DNA from: Bacteroidia bacterium
Lineage (GTDB): Bacteria; Bacteroidota; Bacteroidia; 2-12-FULL-35-15
DNA length: 64,000 nt
Assembly (NCBI GenBank): GCA_039937835.1
Contig: JBDTFR010000105.1
Coordinates: forward strand, 28,036 to 92,035
Reading direction: 5' to 3'
The position numbers were made by a program, and so were the translations under genes. The notes beneath the pieces are model-generated. The model was not told the origin of the DNA, ran no database searches, and was given only the letters and a program-made list of their open reading frames with translations. Of this stretch, positions 39,877 through 50,776 are shown one piece after another (positions within the stretch are counted from its first letter, which is position 1; each line of letters starts with the position of its first letter).

Positions 39877-42800
39877 CGTATTAAAGTAACATTTCCTTTT
39901 CTTTTAATTTCTTCTCCATTATAACATTTTGCTCTTAAATACCATGCAAATACTGCTGGATCAGATTTAATGTTCTTATAGGTCCCATCCCAACCCTTAT
40001 TAATATCAGTTGTTTCAAACATTAACTCACCCCAACGATCATAAACTGCAAAATACAATTCTAATAATGCATTACTTCTTACATAAAGAATATCATTCTT
40101 TCCATCACCATTAGGGCTAAATGTATTGGGTACAAATACATTTTGAGTAGTGCATTTACTTGGAAAAACATAAATAGTTATTTGTTGTTGTTTGCTACAT
40201 CCCGAAGAATCTGAAATTACAACGGTGTAGGTAGTAGTTTTAACTGGCGTGGCAATGGGGTTATAAGAAGTGGTGCTACTTAGCGTTTTATCTGGATTCC
40301 AATTAACAGCGATAGTCGTATCGGTAATGGCATGTAGTTTTGTCGATTCTCCTTCTAACAGCGTATCTTTATCCGCTTTTAAAAGCAAAGGAAACGTAGC
40401 CGGATTAAACACTTTTACAAGCGTAGATAATTGTTGTGAGCAAGTATCTCCTAGTGCATTTACACTTAAAATTGTTACTATATAAAGTGTGGTGGTATCA
40501 GGACTTGCAATAGGGTTTGCAATTGCTGTATTGTTTAAACCTTTTGATGGGGTCCATTTATAGGCAATACCTCCTGAAGCCATTAATTGAATTGGATTAC
40601 CAATACATGCATTTTTATTTGAATTAATTGATATGGGATTTAACACCGCTAAATCAACCATTACCTCCACAGAATCAGTACATCCATAACTATTAGAGGT
40701 TGTTAATTTTACGATGTACTTTCCCGACTTTTGATAAACATGTTTTGGGTTTTGAAGTTTAGAGAAAGTGCCATCATCAAAATTCCATCTCCAGCTAATA
40801 GGTGCTGTAGTAGAAGAATCAGAAAAATAGACTTCGTAGCTACAAGGCTTTGCTATAAAATCAAAATCAGCATTCATTGGCGGATATACGATTACATATT
40901 GAATACTATTATCTCCTTTATTACAACTAGCAGGATTTAATACGTTTAATTTTATAGCGTAGGTACCAGGTACGGTATACGTAACTGTTGGATTTTCTAT
41001 GGAAGAAGAGGTTGTGCCGTTGCCAAAATCCCAGAGATAAGTAGCGCCTGTCGCATTTTTATAATTCAATTGAATAGTAACTGGTGCACAACCATTAAGA
41101 TTACTAGTGGTAAAACTAGCGTCGGCGAGTGGTATTTGAAAATCAAGTTTAAATGTTCCATTGTTACAATTTTTACTATGATTTACATTGGCGCCTGTAT
41201 TTGGCCAAGCGCCAGGTGTAACTGGGAAGTCATCATTGCCGCCACACCCTGCACAAACCGATTGATAAACAATTCCTTTTTTATCAAATCTACTAGTGCC
41301 ACCATCTACATGCTCTTCGCTTAGTGGACCCCCAAAGTAGGTAGCGTATAATAACGATTGCGCATTGGGCGATAAAACAAAGAGATAGAAATTAAATCCA
41401 TCGCTGGAGCTAGGTTGTATGGCGTTTGGGGTAACGGGCATGTTGATTGTTTTTACTTTAGTTAAAATATTACCTCCCCAACCAGAGACATATATGTTTT
41501 CGCAATAATCTACCAGAAAAGCAGAAGGAGAAATGTTTGGTGTGCCATTGCCATTTCCAAAAACAGTTGAAAATAATAATTTATCTAATGATGAATTCAT
41601 TTTTGTGATAAATTGCCCGCTGCTAGGGTTGTTATAAACACCAGCAGTAACAGGCATAGCGCCTTCTGTTTGCCCTACCACGTAAACATTTTTATTTTTA
41701 TCAAGCTGAACAAAATAACATTGATCGTAGCTAGCAGTTCCCCAAAAAGTGGAATTTAAAATAGCAGTTCCATCGTTTTTAATTTTTGTGACATAGCCAT
41801 CTGCTTTGCCTCCCGAGTAAGTGGGTTTTAGAACTCCTGCTGTTGAAGGAAAATCAATACTTCTGGTACCTCCGGTAACGTATACATTTGCCGAATCATC
41901 TAAGACTAGCGCATAACCAGCATCGTTATCTTTACCTCCAAGATAGGTACTCCATAATAAATCGGATAGATTACTACTCAATTTAAAAACAACGGCATCT
42001 TGTTTCCCTTCCAGTTTTTTATCAAACCCATTCACAATCGGAAAATTTTGCGAGCGAGTAGAACTGGCAATATATACATTTCCATGAGCATCTACATTAA
42101 TCTCTCCTCTATATTGATCGCCATAGTTATATTGTAAAGAGTCCGCTGGGAATTCATAAGTAGGAGGACTACTAAAAATCAGTACGCTATCGTTATTTAC
42201 ATTTACGCCATCATTTAAACTACCTCCAATATAGGTAGAGGCGAGTAATGTTGAACCTGTTGCATTAAATTTTGAAACAAAAATATCTGTTCCTTTATCA
42301 AAATAAGATCCATTATACATAAAACGGAGTTTAATTCCTCCGTTAAATGTGGTATCAAATGCATTGGGTGTTACTGGAAAGTCAGAAGAACCTGTAGCCC
42401 CGTATAACAATAATTCATTTTGTGCATTCACCACTAAGCTAGTGACAATTTCAGTTCCAGTAGCGCCACCTATATAAGTAGAGTAACGTAAAAAGGTACC
42501 AGACGAATCATATTTGGTAATTACTACATCTGTTCTGCCATATGACGTAGCCCCGTTAAAAGTAGGATCATAAGCACCTATTGTAACTGGATAACCAATA
42601 TCAAATGCCGTACCTCCAGAATATAAATTACCTTCTGAATCATAGGTAGCCGTCATACCAAAATTATCTGCGGTAGAACCCGAAGAGCAGGCAAATACCA
42701 AAACCGGGTCAATTACTAACTCATACCCTTTGTCATATCCTTTCGGAAAATTAAAACTAATGGTTTTATTTTTTAATACAAATTCGCAAGGCACTTCAAC

Positions 42801-43448
42801 TCTTTTACTTCCCATCCATTGATAGGCATACGGCCTTTGTTCCTGAATCTCATTAATACTAGTTTTTAATATTAATATCCCTTTCTCCAAATACAAACTA
42901 TCTAAACCTTCATACAACAATTGAATATTATTGGTAGTACCCAATGGCTTTACAAAAAAATTATATTTCATACTATTTTGTAAACCGATTAACTGCAAAT
43001 CAATGTCCTTGTATAAATCAGTATAAATTATTTCGGTAAATTTTTTTACATCACTTGCCCACATTTTATTACTTTTCCCAATAAAATAATTACAATAATC
43101 CGAAGTAGGGTCTTTAGCAGTAGCAGTAACGTTAGCTATTGAATTTAAAAAGTGCATACGAAATGAATGCGATCGAATAACATCATCTGAATTTCGATCA
43201 TCCTTACTTTTTATATGATTCTTACGAAGTTTGTCTTTGTCATAAAAATTATAAGTAAATGCATTTTTCTCTAGAAATAAAGCACCTCCATCTAACTGAG
43301 CGCGGTATAATATTTTTTTATCCCACTGATTTTTATTTTCAGTAAACGTAATATTATTCTCTCTTTTCGGAACTTCTTTTTCCCTCGCGCCTAATTTCGT
43401 AATTGGTAGAATAAATAATAATAAAAGAAAAGGAAAAACGTACTTCAT
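39873..43448 (-). CDS. T9SS type-B sorting-domain cargo protein: SBBP beta-propeller repeats, PKD domains and a gliding-motility-type CTD (1191 aa)
   Basis: A signal peptide is followed by repeated ...G.T.S.DFP.T.GAF... SBBP-like units (for example NVYVTGGTRSIDFPSTAGV) and PKD segments. The C-terminus reads FSPNGDGKNDILYV...VYDRWGELMF...GWDG. Confidence 0.8.
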   Translation of the reverse strand: MKYVFPFLLLLFILPITKLGAREKEVPKRENNITFTENKNQWDKKILYRAQLDGGALFLEKNAFTYNFYDKDKLRKNHIKSKDDRNSDDVIRSHSFRMHFLNSIANVTATAKDPTSDYCNYFIGKSNKMWASDVKKFTEIIYTDLYKDIDLQLIGLQNSMKYNFFVKPLGTTNNIQLLYEGLDSLYLEKGILILKTSINEIQEQRPYAYQWMGSKRVEVPCEFVLKNKTISFNFPKGYDKGYELVIDPVLVFACSSGSTADNFGMTATYDSEGNLYSGGTAFDIGYPVTIGAYDPTFNGATSYGRTDVVITKYDSSGTFLRYSTYIGGATGTEIVTSLVVNAQNELLLYGATGSSDFPVTPNAFDTTFNGGIKLRFMYNGSYFDKGTDIFVSKFNATGSTLLASTYIGGSLNDGVNVNNDSVLIFSSPPTYEFPADSLQYNYGDQYRGEINVDAHGNVYIASSTRSQNFPIVNGFDKKLEGKQDAVVFKLSSNLSDLLWSTYLGGKDNDAGYALVLDDSANVYVTGGTRSIDFPSTAGVLKPTYSGGKADGYVTKIKNDGTAILNSTFWGTASYDQCYFVQLDKNKNVYVVGQTEGAMPVTAGVYNNPSSGQFITKMNSSLDKLLFSTVFGNGNGTPNISPSAFLVDYCENIYVSGWGGNILTKVKTINMPVTPNAIQPSSSDGFNFYLFVLSPNAQSLLYATYFGGPLSEEHVDGGTSRFDKKGIVYQSVCAGCGGNDDFPVTPGAWPNTGANVNHSKNCNNGTFKLDFQIPLADASFTTSNLNGCAPVTIQLNYKNATGATYLWDFGNGTTSSSIENPTVTYTVPGTYAIKLNVLNPASCNKGDNSIQYVIVYPPMNADFDFIAKPCSYEVYFSDSSTTAPISWRWNFDDGTFSKLQNPKHVYQKSGKYIVKLTTSNSYGCTDSVEVMVDLAVLNPISINSNKNACIGNPIQLMASGGIAYKWTPSKGLNNTAIANPIASPDTTTLYIVTILSVNALGDTCSQQLSTLVKVFNPATFPLLLKADKDTLLEGESTKLHAITDTTIAVNWNPDKTLSSTTSYNPIATPVKTTTYTVVISDSSGCSKQQQITIYVFPSKCTTQNVFVPNTFSPNGDGKNDILYVRSNALLELYFAVYDRWGELMFETTDINKGWDGTYKNIKSDPAVFAWYLRAKCYNGEEIKRKGNVTLIR

Positions 43449-43644
43449 TTATAATAATATAGTGACTATCAAACTTACCAAAAATTAAATAAAGATGCAC
43501 CGAATTCTTGCTAATTTCAATTGTTATTATTAGTTGGACGTATCCATATTTAATAATTAGCAGAAGTAATCTGAATGGGAGAAGAATTTTAAATGAAAAT
43601 TCAGGCTATTTTTCGTAATTTAGCTAGGTAATTGTAGATGCGTT

Positions 43645-44217
43645 ATGGCAAAATTTTTAAGGTATTTTGTACAGGGTATAATTATTACCGTTCCTGTACT
43701 TATCACTGCGTTTGTAATTTATAAACTAATTGCAATGGTAGGGTCCGCATTTAGTATTTTTGGAATCATTGTGAGTCCTATTATAGACCCTTTTATAGTA
43801 ATTGCTTGCGCAGTAGTTATTATTTTCTTTATGGGATTATTGGGCTCCTCTATTATTCTTCGACCCATCTTTATAATGGTTGACAATGCCATGCAGCATA
43901 CGCCCATTATAAAAACAGTATATTCATCAATTAAAGATTTGTTAGCTGCTTTTGTAGGCAATAAAAAACGATTCAATAAACCAGTACTTATTACTATTAA
44001 TAAAGAAAACAATATTCAACAATTGGGATTTATTACACAAGAAAATTTAACAGAATTAAACATTGGGAAAGATAAAATAGCTGTATATGTCCCTTTATCG
44101 TATTCTTTCTCAGGTAATTTATTAATTGTACCAACTCATCATATTACGGTTGTAAATGCTTCTTCAACAGAAGTAATGAAATTTATTGTTTCTGGTGGTG
44201 TTACCGATATTGATTAA
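43645..44217 (+). CDS. DUF502-family membrane protein
   Basis: Two N-terminal TM helices are followed by ...VAVYVPLSYSFSGNLLIVPTHHITVVNASSTEVMKFIVSGGV, which matches the DUF502 C-terminal motif (P.s..G.l.iVp...v..ld.s.ee.mk.ivSgG). Confidence 0.65.
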   Translation: MAKFLRYFVQGIIITVPVLITAFVIYKLIAMVGSAFSIFGIIVSPIIDPFIVIACAVVIIFFMGLLGSSIILRPIFIMVDNAMQHTPIIKTVYSSIKDLLAAFVGNKKRFNKPVLITINKENNIQQLGFITQENLTELNIGKDKIAVYVPLSYSFSGNLLIVPTHHITVVNASSTEVMKFIVSGGVTDID

Positions 44218-44250
44218 AGGATTATTAATAGTTTAAAAAATTTAATTAAA

Positions 44251-44979
44251 ATGAAAAAAGTTAGCACACTGATTCTTGCATTAGCAATAGCATCTACCGG
44301 TTTTTCACAAAAAAAGGTGATCAAAAAAGCCACTATATCTAAGCCTTCTGCAGAAGCCACTAACAACGGTTCACAAAAGATAACGATTAAAGAATTACCA
44401 GAAGATATTGGGGGGGGCGTACAAAATGCGTTGGTGGTAAAAATACCAGACATTAACCCAGTTGATGCAGAAGAAGGATTTAAAACTTATATGAAATCAT
44501 ACAATGGTAAAAAGACTTCAAAGGGTGGAAGTGTTTTTATTGATAATGCAGATATAAAAGAAATGAGTGAAAATACTGTAGATGTTTATGCCAAAGCCGT
44601 TGCCGCAGGTAAAGATGTAAATTTTAATGTTGCTTTTGATTTAGGAGGTATTTTCTTAAGCTCAAAAACACATAAAGATAAATATTTAGTAGCTGAAAAA
44701 ATGTTAAAAGACTTTGCTACTAAAATGACGAAAGAGCCGTTGTTAGCTAAATTAAAAGAAGCCCAGAAAATATCAGCTAAAGCAGATGATGAGCAAAAAA
44801 ATTTAGAAAAAGAAAATGCCAGTTTAAATGAAGAAATTCAAAATTATAAGAACAAAACTAAAACAGCAGAAGATAACTTAGCTAAAAACAAAATCGAACA
44901 GGATAAGAAAAAAGTAGAGATAGAAACAAACAAAAAACTAGTAGCAGACATAGAAACAAAATTAAAAGCTACAGAATAA
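44251..44979 (+). CDS. Secreted hypothetical protein with a C-terminal coiled coil
   Basis: Carries the signal peptide MKKVSTLILALAIASTGFSQ and a Lys/Glu-rich heptad C-terminus. It contains a G8 homopolymer at 44410-44417 encoding IGGGV. Confidence 0.55.
   Translation: MKKVSTLILALAIASTGFSQKKVIKKATISKPSAEATNNGSQKITIKELPEDIGGGVQNALVVKIPDINPVDAEEGFKTYMKSYNGKKTSKGGSVFIDNADIKEMSENTVDVYAKAVAAGKDVNFNVAFDLGGIFLSSKTHKDKYLVAEKMLKDFATKMTKEPLLAKLKEAQKISAKADDEQKNLEKENASLNEEIQNYKNKTKTAEDNLAKNKIEQDKKKVEIETNKKLVADIETKLKATE
44410..44417. repeat. G8 homopolymer inside a CDS
   Basis: The sequence attGGGGGGGGcgt is in frame as Gly-Gly-Gly. This is a long G tract for an AT-rich genome. Confidence 0.9.
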
Positions 44980-45111
44980 TGGTTTCTAAATTATCTTAAA
45001 TATTTGTTAAATCAATAACTACGCGGATCTTTACTATTATTGGTTATTGTAGAGACCTGCATAGTTAAATAAACAATTAGTCAAAAAACGATAGCTGAGT
45101 AATCAATTAAT

Positions 45112-45663
45112 TTATAATCTCCAATCTTTTTCCGGCTCTACTAATCTACTACGTGTGCTACTCCTATTTGCTCTCGGTTCAATATTACTACCTTGTCGTT
45201 TTAAGTATTGCATTGCTGTAAATGTAATAATTGCAGCGCCAGCCATGCCTTCTATAAACAGGCTACCAAACAAAGTAATAGGATCCATTGACCAACCAAC
45301 AGTGGTATTATCGCGTATTTTCTCTAGCAAGAAAATATCAAAATATACAATATAAATACTCATAAATGCAGCAAACACAGCTACAGCTACAATTGCTATA
45401 AACATGCCTTGCCCTATTCCTTTCAAATAAAACTCAGGTTGATTTAGTTCTTTCTTGAGTTTGTTAATACCGTATACAATACCAACAGCTAAAATTATAA
45501 AGTTAAAAAACCTTAATTCTATTTTTTGCTCTAAGCCAACAGCTTTCATAATAAAAAAGTAAGCTAGCATTGCAATAGCAGTCAATATGCCTACCACTAT
45601 TCCATTTTTTTCTATAAATCTTTTTTTTGTTTTCATGTCTATCGATTTTTGGTATACTTTCAC
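45112..45663 (-). CDS. Small four-helix membrane protein (DUF4199-like)
   Basis: It has four hydrophobic helices. The probable start is the internal MKTKKRF. The family call is tentative. Confidence 0.45.
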   Translation of the reverse strand: MKVYQKSIDMKTKKRFIEKNGIVVGILTAIAMLAYFFIMKAVGLEQKIELRFFNFIILAVGIVYGINKLKKELNQPEFYLKGIGQGMFIAIVAVAVFAAFMSIYIVYFDIFLLEKIRDNTTVGWSMDPITLFGSLFIEGMAGAAIITFTAMQYLKRQGSNIEPRANRSSTRSRLVEPEKDWRL

Positions 45664-46021
45664 TATTCAAAAAAGCGTGCCGCAATAATTTATTTCCTTT
45701 TTTTAAGCGTATTCGCTAACTTACAGCCTTAAATAAAAAAAAGATATTTTAAGCTGTGGAATTAAAGCCTGAATTAATGGAAAATATAAGCTGTTTTGTA
45801 AAATAGTCTGAATAATAGGACGATTTATCTTGTTAGTTGGGTAGTTTATTATACGCTAATAAATTAACTAATTGGGATTATATTAAACGATAGTAATTAT
45901 TATCTAAATAAAATATCTCATTTTTAATAGTGCAATTTTACTTGTAACTCAATTTAACTTATAGAAAAGTGTTTGCAAATTTTTTTTATGATTAACATCA
46001 ACGTGTAATATTAATTAACTT

Positions 46022-46870
46022 ATGAATAAAAATTGTATAGTTTGTAATGCCAATAAATTTGTACCAATTTATAATGATACCCTACTTAAGTGTGGCTCTT
46101 GTGGTTTTGTAACTGCCAACATGGAAATAGATACGGAACTTCTTAAACAAACGTATACTGAAAATTATTTCAAAGGAGAGGAGTATGTAGATTATTTAAA
46201 CGATAAAGAAATCTTACAAACCAATTTCAAAAAAAGGATAAGTGCTATTTTTAAAAGATTTGATAAAGAAAATATTAATAATATTGTAGAAATTGGCTGT
46301 GCCTATGGCTTTTTTGCTGAAATGATTAACAAAGAGTTAAAAACGAAATATGTTGGATATGATGTGGTTGGGGAAGCGATAGATTATGGTAAAAATATAT
46401 TAAATCAGAATTTAATTTGTGGAGACTATCTAGAAGCTAATATAGAGAACGGGTTAAGTGATGTATTTATGTGGGATGTTATAGAACACTTGCCTGAACC
46501 TGAAAAATTTATTAAAAAGGCAAACACCGAATTAAAAAAGGGTGGGCGAATATATATTACAACGGGTGATATAGAATGCTTAATGCCTCGTATCCAAAAA
46601 GCAAAATGGCGTATGATTCATCCACCTTCTCATTTGCATTATTTTTCAAAGAATACACTTTCACTTTTGTTAAAGCAACATGGATTTAAAATAATAGATG
46701 TATCCTATCCACCTGTTTATAGGAGTATTCGGCTGATTTATTATTCTCTTTTTATGCTACGGAAAAAGTATCCTCGTTTTATTGAAAAACTATATGATAA
46801 AATACCTTCAAAAATGAGTGTTGCAATTAATACGTTTGATATAATGTTTCTAATTGCTGAAAAAGAATAG
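46022..46870 (+). CDS. Class I SAM-dependent methyltransferase with an N-terminal Cys4 zinc ribbon
   Basis: The zinc ribbon is CIVCNANKF...CGSCGF. The SAM motif I region is VEIGCAYGFFAE, followed by DVFMWDVIEHL (motif II/post-II). Confidence 0.7.
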   Translation: MNKNCIVCNANKFVPIYNDTLLKCGSCGFVTANMEIDTELLKQTYTENYFKGEEYVDYLNDKEILQTNFKKRISAIFKRFDKENINNIVEIGCAYGFFAEMINKELKTKYVGYDVVGEAIDYGKNILNQNLICGDYLEANIENGLSDVFMWDVIEHLPEPEKFIKKANTELKKGGRIYITTGDIECLMPRIQKAKWRMIHPPSHLHYFSKNTLSLLLKQHGFKIIDVSYPPVYRSIRLIYYSLFMLRKKYPRFIEKLYDKIPSKMSVAINTFDIMFLIAEKE

Positions 46871-46993
46871 CCTTATCGGTTTTAAAATAATTGTTCTAAT
46901 TATTTCTGAGTGGATTATTAAATTCTTTCTTGAAATTTTATAACACTTTATAAAACAATAGTTTTAAATAATTGCTTTCACAACCGTGTTGAA

Positions 46994-47024
46994 ATAAAAA
47001 AACCCTTGATATTCAAGGGTTTTA
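46994..47024. terminator. Bidirectional rho-independent terminator between the methyltransferase (+) and tRNA-Phe (-)
   Basis: The sequence is AAAAAAA-CCCTT-gatattc-AAGGG-TTTT, a GC-rich 5-7 bp stem flanked by an A-run on one side and a T-run on the other. Confidence 0.5.
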
Positions 47025-47031
47025 AGTAATG

Positions 47032-47104
47032 TGGTACCCACTGGGATCGAACCAGTGACACAAGGATTTTCAGTCCTTTGCTCTACCAACTGAGCTAGGG
47101 TACC
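47032..47104 (-). tRNA. tRNA-Phe (anticodon GAA)
   Basis: The reverse complement is GGTACCCTAGCTCAGTTGGTAGAGCAAAGGACTGAAAATCCTTGTGTCACTGGTTCGATCCCAGTGGGTACCA. It has a 7-bp acceptor stem, D-arm GCTC/GAGC, anticodon stem AAGGA/TCCTT with loop CTGAAAA (anticodon GAA), T-arm ACTGG/CCAGT with TTCGATC, and discriminator A. CCA is not encoded. Confidence 0.9.
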
Positions 47105-47187
47105 TAGCGTTATTCGGGTTGCAAATGTATTAAAATATTTGAAATATAAAAAATTAAATATTCTAAAAATTAAGAATTGATTGGCTT

Positions 47188-47877
47188 TTATAATTTTTCG
47201 CCTTTTTTCTTTGCATTCTCTTTAATGGTGTATTCAGCAATTAATACTTTTATATCATCTAATAAATCATTTACGGCTTTTGTGTTGGTACCATCATAAA
47301 CGCCGCGTATGTGTTTTTCTTTATCCACCAATATAAAAAATTCACTGTGGATAAAATCATCAGGTCCACCATCTCCTTGTAAAGCATTTATCAAGTAACC
47401 ATTGCGAGCTAGATCATAAAGTTGTTTTTTATCTCCAGTAACAAAATTCCACATTTTATTATTAGCATGCACCATATTTGAATATGCTTTTAATATAGGC
47501 ACAGAGTCTGTTTCTGGGTTTACAGTATGTGATAAAATTTGTACTAATCCCTTGGTATATTCAAAACCTTCTTGTACTCTTAATAATTCTGTTGTCATTT
47601 TAGGGCAAATAGTTTTACAGGTTGTAAAAAAATAACTAGCAACATATATTTTACCATCGTAATAAGTATTGGTAATGGTATCATTATCTTGATTGATAAA
47701 TTTAAAAGTAGGAATAGAATGATAAATGGTGTCTTTACCATTCGCAGCAATATGCCTCTCGCCTATATATGGTAAATGAATAAAATTGTGTTTACCAACG
47801 GTTAAAATAACATATAATATAGAAGGGAAAGATAATAGAAAAAATAAAATAAGTAATACAGAAGTTCTCTTTTTCAC
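47188..47877 (-). CDS. SCO1/SenC-family thioredoxin-like copper chaperone
   Basis: An N-terminal TM anchor is followed by FFFTTCKTICPKMT (the CxxxCP copper-binding motif) and a downstream His. Confidence 0.8.
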   Translation of the reverse strand: MKKRTSVLLILFFLLSFPSILYVILTVGKHNFIHLPYIGERHIAANGKDTIYHSIPTFKFINQDNDTITNTYYDGKIYVASYFFTTCKTICPKMTTELLRVQEGFEYTKGLVQILSHTVNPETDSVPILKAYSNMVHANNKMWNFVTGDKKQLYDLARNGYLINALQGDGGPDDFIHSEFFILVDKEKHIRGVYDGTNTKAVNDLLDDIKVLIAEYTIKENAKKKGEKL

Positions 47878-47966
47878 GATATTTAAATCAAGTATAAAAT
47901 CATAAAAAAATGGCTTTGCATATTATTTTGCAGAGCCATTTTTGTTTGTATTGTTAATTAATTAGT

Positions 47967-48446
47967 TTAATGCTCATGTTGCATTGTTTCAGTGGCACCT
48001 TCGTGATGACCACTTTTTGCTTGTTCATTTAGCTCCATTTTTTGTTTTATAATCAATGGATCCATTTTATCTTTATGAAGTAAGCTATAATTAGCTTCCC
48101 CTACAGTAATAAAAAATAAATAAATTGCAAATATAGTATAAGGTACCACTACGCAATATTTTAGCATTTTTATTTCATCACCTAAATGCATGAAATTATA
48201 AACAATGAAATAAGCTTTTCCTATTGTTAAACCTATAAATATAACCTTTAATATGAAAGTAGAGTTTCTATCATCATGAAGTAAACCCCACTTACCAGCA
48301 AAAGTACCAATAATTAGTTCTAAGATAGTAATGGCCAACATGATCCAAAATACATTCCATAATTTTCTGCGTTTAATTTTACCTTCTTCTTCGCTATGAT
48401 GAGCCATTAACTCATATTGCGGGTAATCATCGTGAAATTCTGACAT
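47967..48446 (-). CDS. Cytochrome c oxidase subunit IV-family small membrane protein (prokaryotic COX4 type)
   Basis: The 159-aa protein has three TM helices and His-rich termini. It lies between coxIII and sco, as in Bacteroidota cox accessory clusters. Confidence 0.55.
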   Translation of the reverse strand: MSEFHDDYPQYELMAHHSEEEGKIKRRKLWNVFWIMLAITILELIIGTFAGKWGLLHDDRNSTFILKVIFIGLTIGKAYFIVYNFMHLGDEIKMLKYCVVVPYTIFAIYLFFITVGEANYSLLHKDKMDPLIIKQKMELNEQAKSGHHEGATETMQHEH

Positions 48447-48488
48447 ACAATTTATTTTTATTTCTTAATAAACGAATATTTAATAATT

Positions 48489-49214
48489 TTATAGTAAATA
48501 AAAGAAGGTAAATACAAATACCCACACTAAATCTACAAAGTGCCAATACAACCCTACCTTTTCTACCATTTCATAATGCCCGCGTTTTTCATACGTGCCC
48601 TTTAGTACATTGGTAAAAATAATAATATTAATAACAACTCCACTAAATACGTGAAATCCGTGAAATCCCGTAATGAAAAAGAAAAAATTGGCAAACACTG
48701 GCAATCCATATTCATTCACCGTCATGTTTGCTCCTTTTACTATTTTATCAACATAATGACCATCCACTAAAACACTACGCATTGCACCGTGGTCAGTACC
48801 CACAATAAAATGGTACCATTCCCAAGCTTGAGAGCCTAAAAACATTGCCCCACCAATAATGGTTAATAACATAAACATGATTACTTTCCTTTTATCATTA
48901 CGATGCCCCGCTTCAACAGCTAACACCATTGTAACAGATGACATGATTAAGATTAAAGTCATTAATCCTACGTAAGCTAAAGGAAGATGTCCTTCATACC
49001 CTGGAAAATGGGTAAATACATCACCTGGATTAGGCCATACTTCTGGGTGTTTATGGCGCATAAAACCATAAGCACACAATAAACCCGTAAAAGTTAATGC
49101 ATCTGATACCAAAAAGAACCACATGAACATTTTTCCATAGCTAACTCTAAATGGAGATTTTCCACCACTCCAAGCTGAGTCAGAGTCTGTTTCTAATACT
49201 GCGTTACTTGACAT
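48489..49214 (-). CDS. Cytochrome c oxidase subunit III
   Basis: Contains GFHGFHVFSGVVINII and VGLYWHFVDLVWVFVF. It is 241 aa. Confidence 0.85.
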   Translation of the reverse strand: MSSNAVLETDSDSAWSGGKSPFRVSYGKMFMWFFLVSDALTFTGLLCAYGFMRHKHPEVWPNPGDVFTHFPGYEGHLPLAYVGLMTLILIMSSVTMVLAVEAGHRNDKRKVIMFMLLTIIGGAMFLGSQAWEWYHFIVGTDHGAMRSVLVDGHYVDKIVKGANMTVNEYGLPVFANFFFFITGFHGFHVFSGVVINIIIFTNVLKGTYEKRGHYEMVEKVGLYWHFVDLVWVFVFTFFYLL

Positions 49215-49278
49215 AATATTACTTAAATTAAATTATTAAAAATGTAGAATGCGAAGATGCAAACTTTTCACTAAACTT

Positions 49279-49884
49279 TCAACGTACAAATAACAAAAAT
49301 AAAAACAAATATATCCACAAAAGATCTAAAAAATGCCAAAATATTGCACAAAGTCTTATCCCTAAAAAGTTTTCTGAATTATATTTTTTTAAACTCGCCT
49401 TTATGAATACTACAATTAAAGCAATTATTCCAAAAAACAAATGGGCTAAATGCAAACCTGTTAGAGCATATAAAAATGAACCAGACGCATTACTATCTTT
49501 TCCAGCAAAAAAGATTTTTTGATCCACTAATACACTCCATGCTTTAAACTGGCAGATTATAAAGGCAACACCTAACAACAATGTTATAAAGGCTGCTAAT
49601 TGAATACTTTTATAGGCGTTTTTTTTTGCTGAAGACAAAACCCAATTCATACTAATGCTACTAAATAGGAGTATAGCGGTACTTATATAGAATAGTTGAG
49701 GTAATTGAAATTGAAGCCAATCTCCCTTTTCTTGTCTTACTACATAAGCACTTGTTAAGGCGGCAAAAATCATCACCATGCTTATCATACCTAACCATAG
49801 CAATGGAATTGACACTTTTTTACGAATGGCCTTTTCTTCCTCTAAATACAATGATGTTTCCATTTTTTTTATTTTATTTTCCAA
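49279..49884 (-). CDS. Cytochrome c oxidase subunit III-family paralog
   Basis: Contains GLHLAHLFFGIIALIV and CAIFWHFLDLLWIYLF. It is 201 aa and overlaps the ctaB 3' end. Confidence 0.7.
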   Translation of the reverse strand: MENKIKKMETSLYLEEEKAIRKKVSIPLLWLGMISMVMIFAALTSAYVVRQEKGDWLQFQLPQLFYISTAILLFSSISMNWVLSSAKKNAYKSIQLAAFITLLLGVAFIICQFKAWSVLVDQKIFFAGKDSNASGSFLYALTGLHLAHLFFGIIALIVVFIKASLKKYNSENFLGIRLCAIFWHFLDLLWIYLFLFLLFVR

Positions 49885-50776
49885 TCATAACGGCCAGTTG
49901 TACTATTGGTAAATAAATGAAAGACCCAAACATTAATTTACGTGCGGCTTCTACCGTGCAATCTCTATATAATTTATATGCTTGATAAGCGAAAAGTATT
50001 CCGCTCACTGAAATAATGACGGCAGAAATAATACCTGACATACCAAACAGCACTGGCAATATACTAATAGGTAGTAAAAATAACGTATATAATAGTATTT
50101 GAAAACCACTTCTTTTGTCTCTGCCACCTAAAGAAGGCAACATTTGAAAGCCTGCTTTTTTATAGTCATCGTCTAATACCCATGCTATTGCCCAAAAATG
50201 AGGGAATTGCCACATAAATTGACCCACAAATAATACCCACGCACCTAATTCTATTTCACCAAAACCAGAGGTAGATGCTACATGACCCAACAATGGTGGT
50301 ATAGCACCTGGAAACGCACCTACAAAAACAGCCAATGGTGTTACTCGTTTTAATGGAGTGTATACACAGGTATATAATATTAATGCTAAAAGACCTAACA
50401 ACCCACTTAATGGGTTCATAAATACCCATAGAATTACCACTCCAGAAACACCCGTTATAAAGGCCAATAAGAATGATTCATTTACACTCATTCGATCCTG
50501 TGGTAAGGGTCGATTTTGTGTACGATTCATTAACTTATCTAAGTTTCGTTCTATAATTTGATTAAATCCATTGGATGCACCCGTTACTAGAAAACCTCCT
50601 AGCACCAATAACCCCATTTTATTCCAATCAACCGTTTTAGCCCCTACCACGTATCCAATAGCGGCAGACAGTACAACTAACGAAGCTAAACGCAACTTTA
50701 TGAATTGCGCATAATCTTTGATTTTGCTCATTGCTGTATATTGTTTTACTTCTGTGTGTACGTTTTCGACCAACAC
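49874..50776 (-). CDS. ctaB: Protoheme IX farnesyltransferase (heme O synthase)
   Basis: A UbiA-family polytopic protein with the NRTQNRPLP / D-rich prenyl-binding region. It is the first gene of the ctaB-coxIII-coxIII-coxIV-sco operon. Confidence 0.88.
   Translation of the reverse strand: MLVENVHTEVKQYTAMSKIKDYAQFIKLRLASLVVLSAAIGYVVGAKTVDWNKMGLLVLGGFLVTGASNGFNQIIERNLDKLMNRTQNRPLPQDRMSVNESFLLAFITGVSGVVILWVFMNPLSGLLGLLALILYTCVYTPLKRVTPLAVFVGAFPGAIPPLLGHVASTSGFGEIELGAWVLFVGQFMWQFPHFWAIAWVLDDDYKKAGFQMLPSLGGRDKRSGFQILLYTLFLLPISILPVLFGMSGIISAVIISVSGILFAYQAYKLYRDCTVEAARKLMFGSFIYLPIVQLAVMIGK

Noticed and set aside
43449-47110. Possible integrative element next to tRNA-Phe
   Set aside because: There is no integrase, excisionase, direct repeat of the tRNA 3' end, or phage/conjugation genes on either side. 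The neighbouring genes are ordinary small membrane proteins and a methyltransferase.
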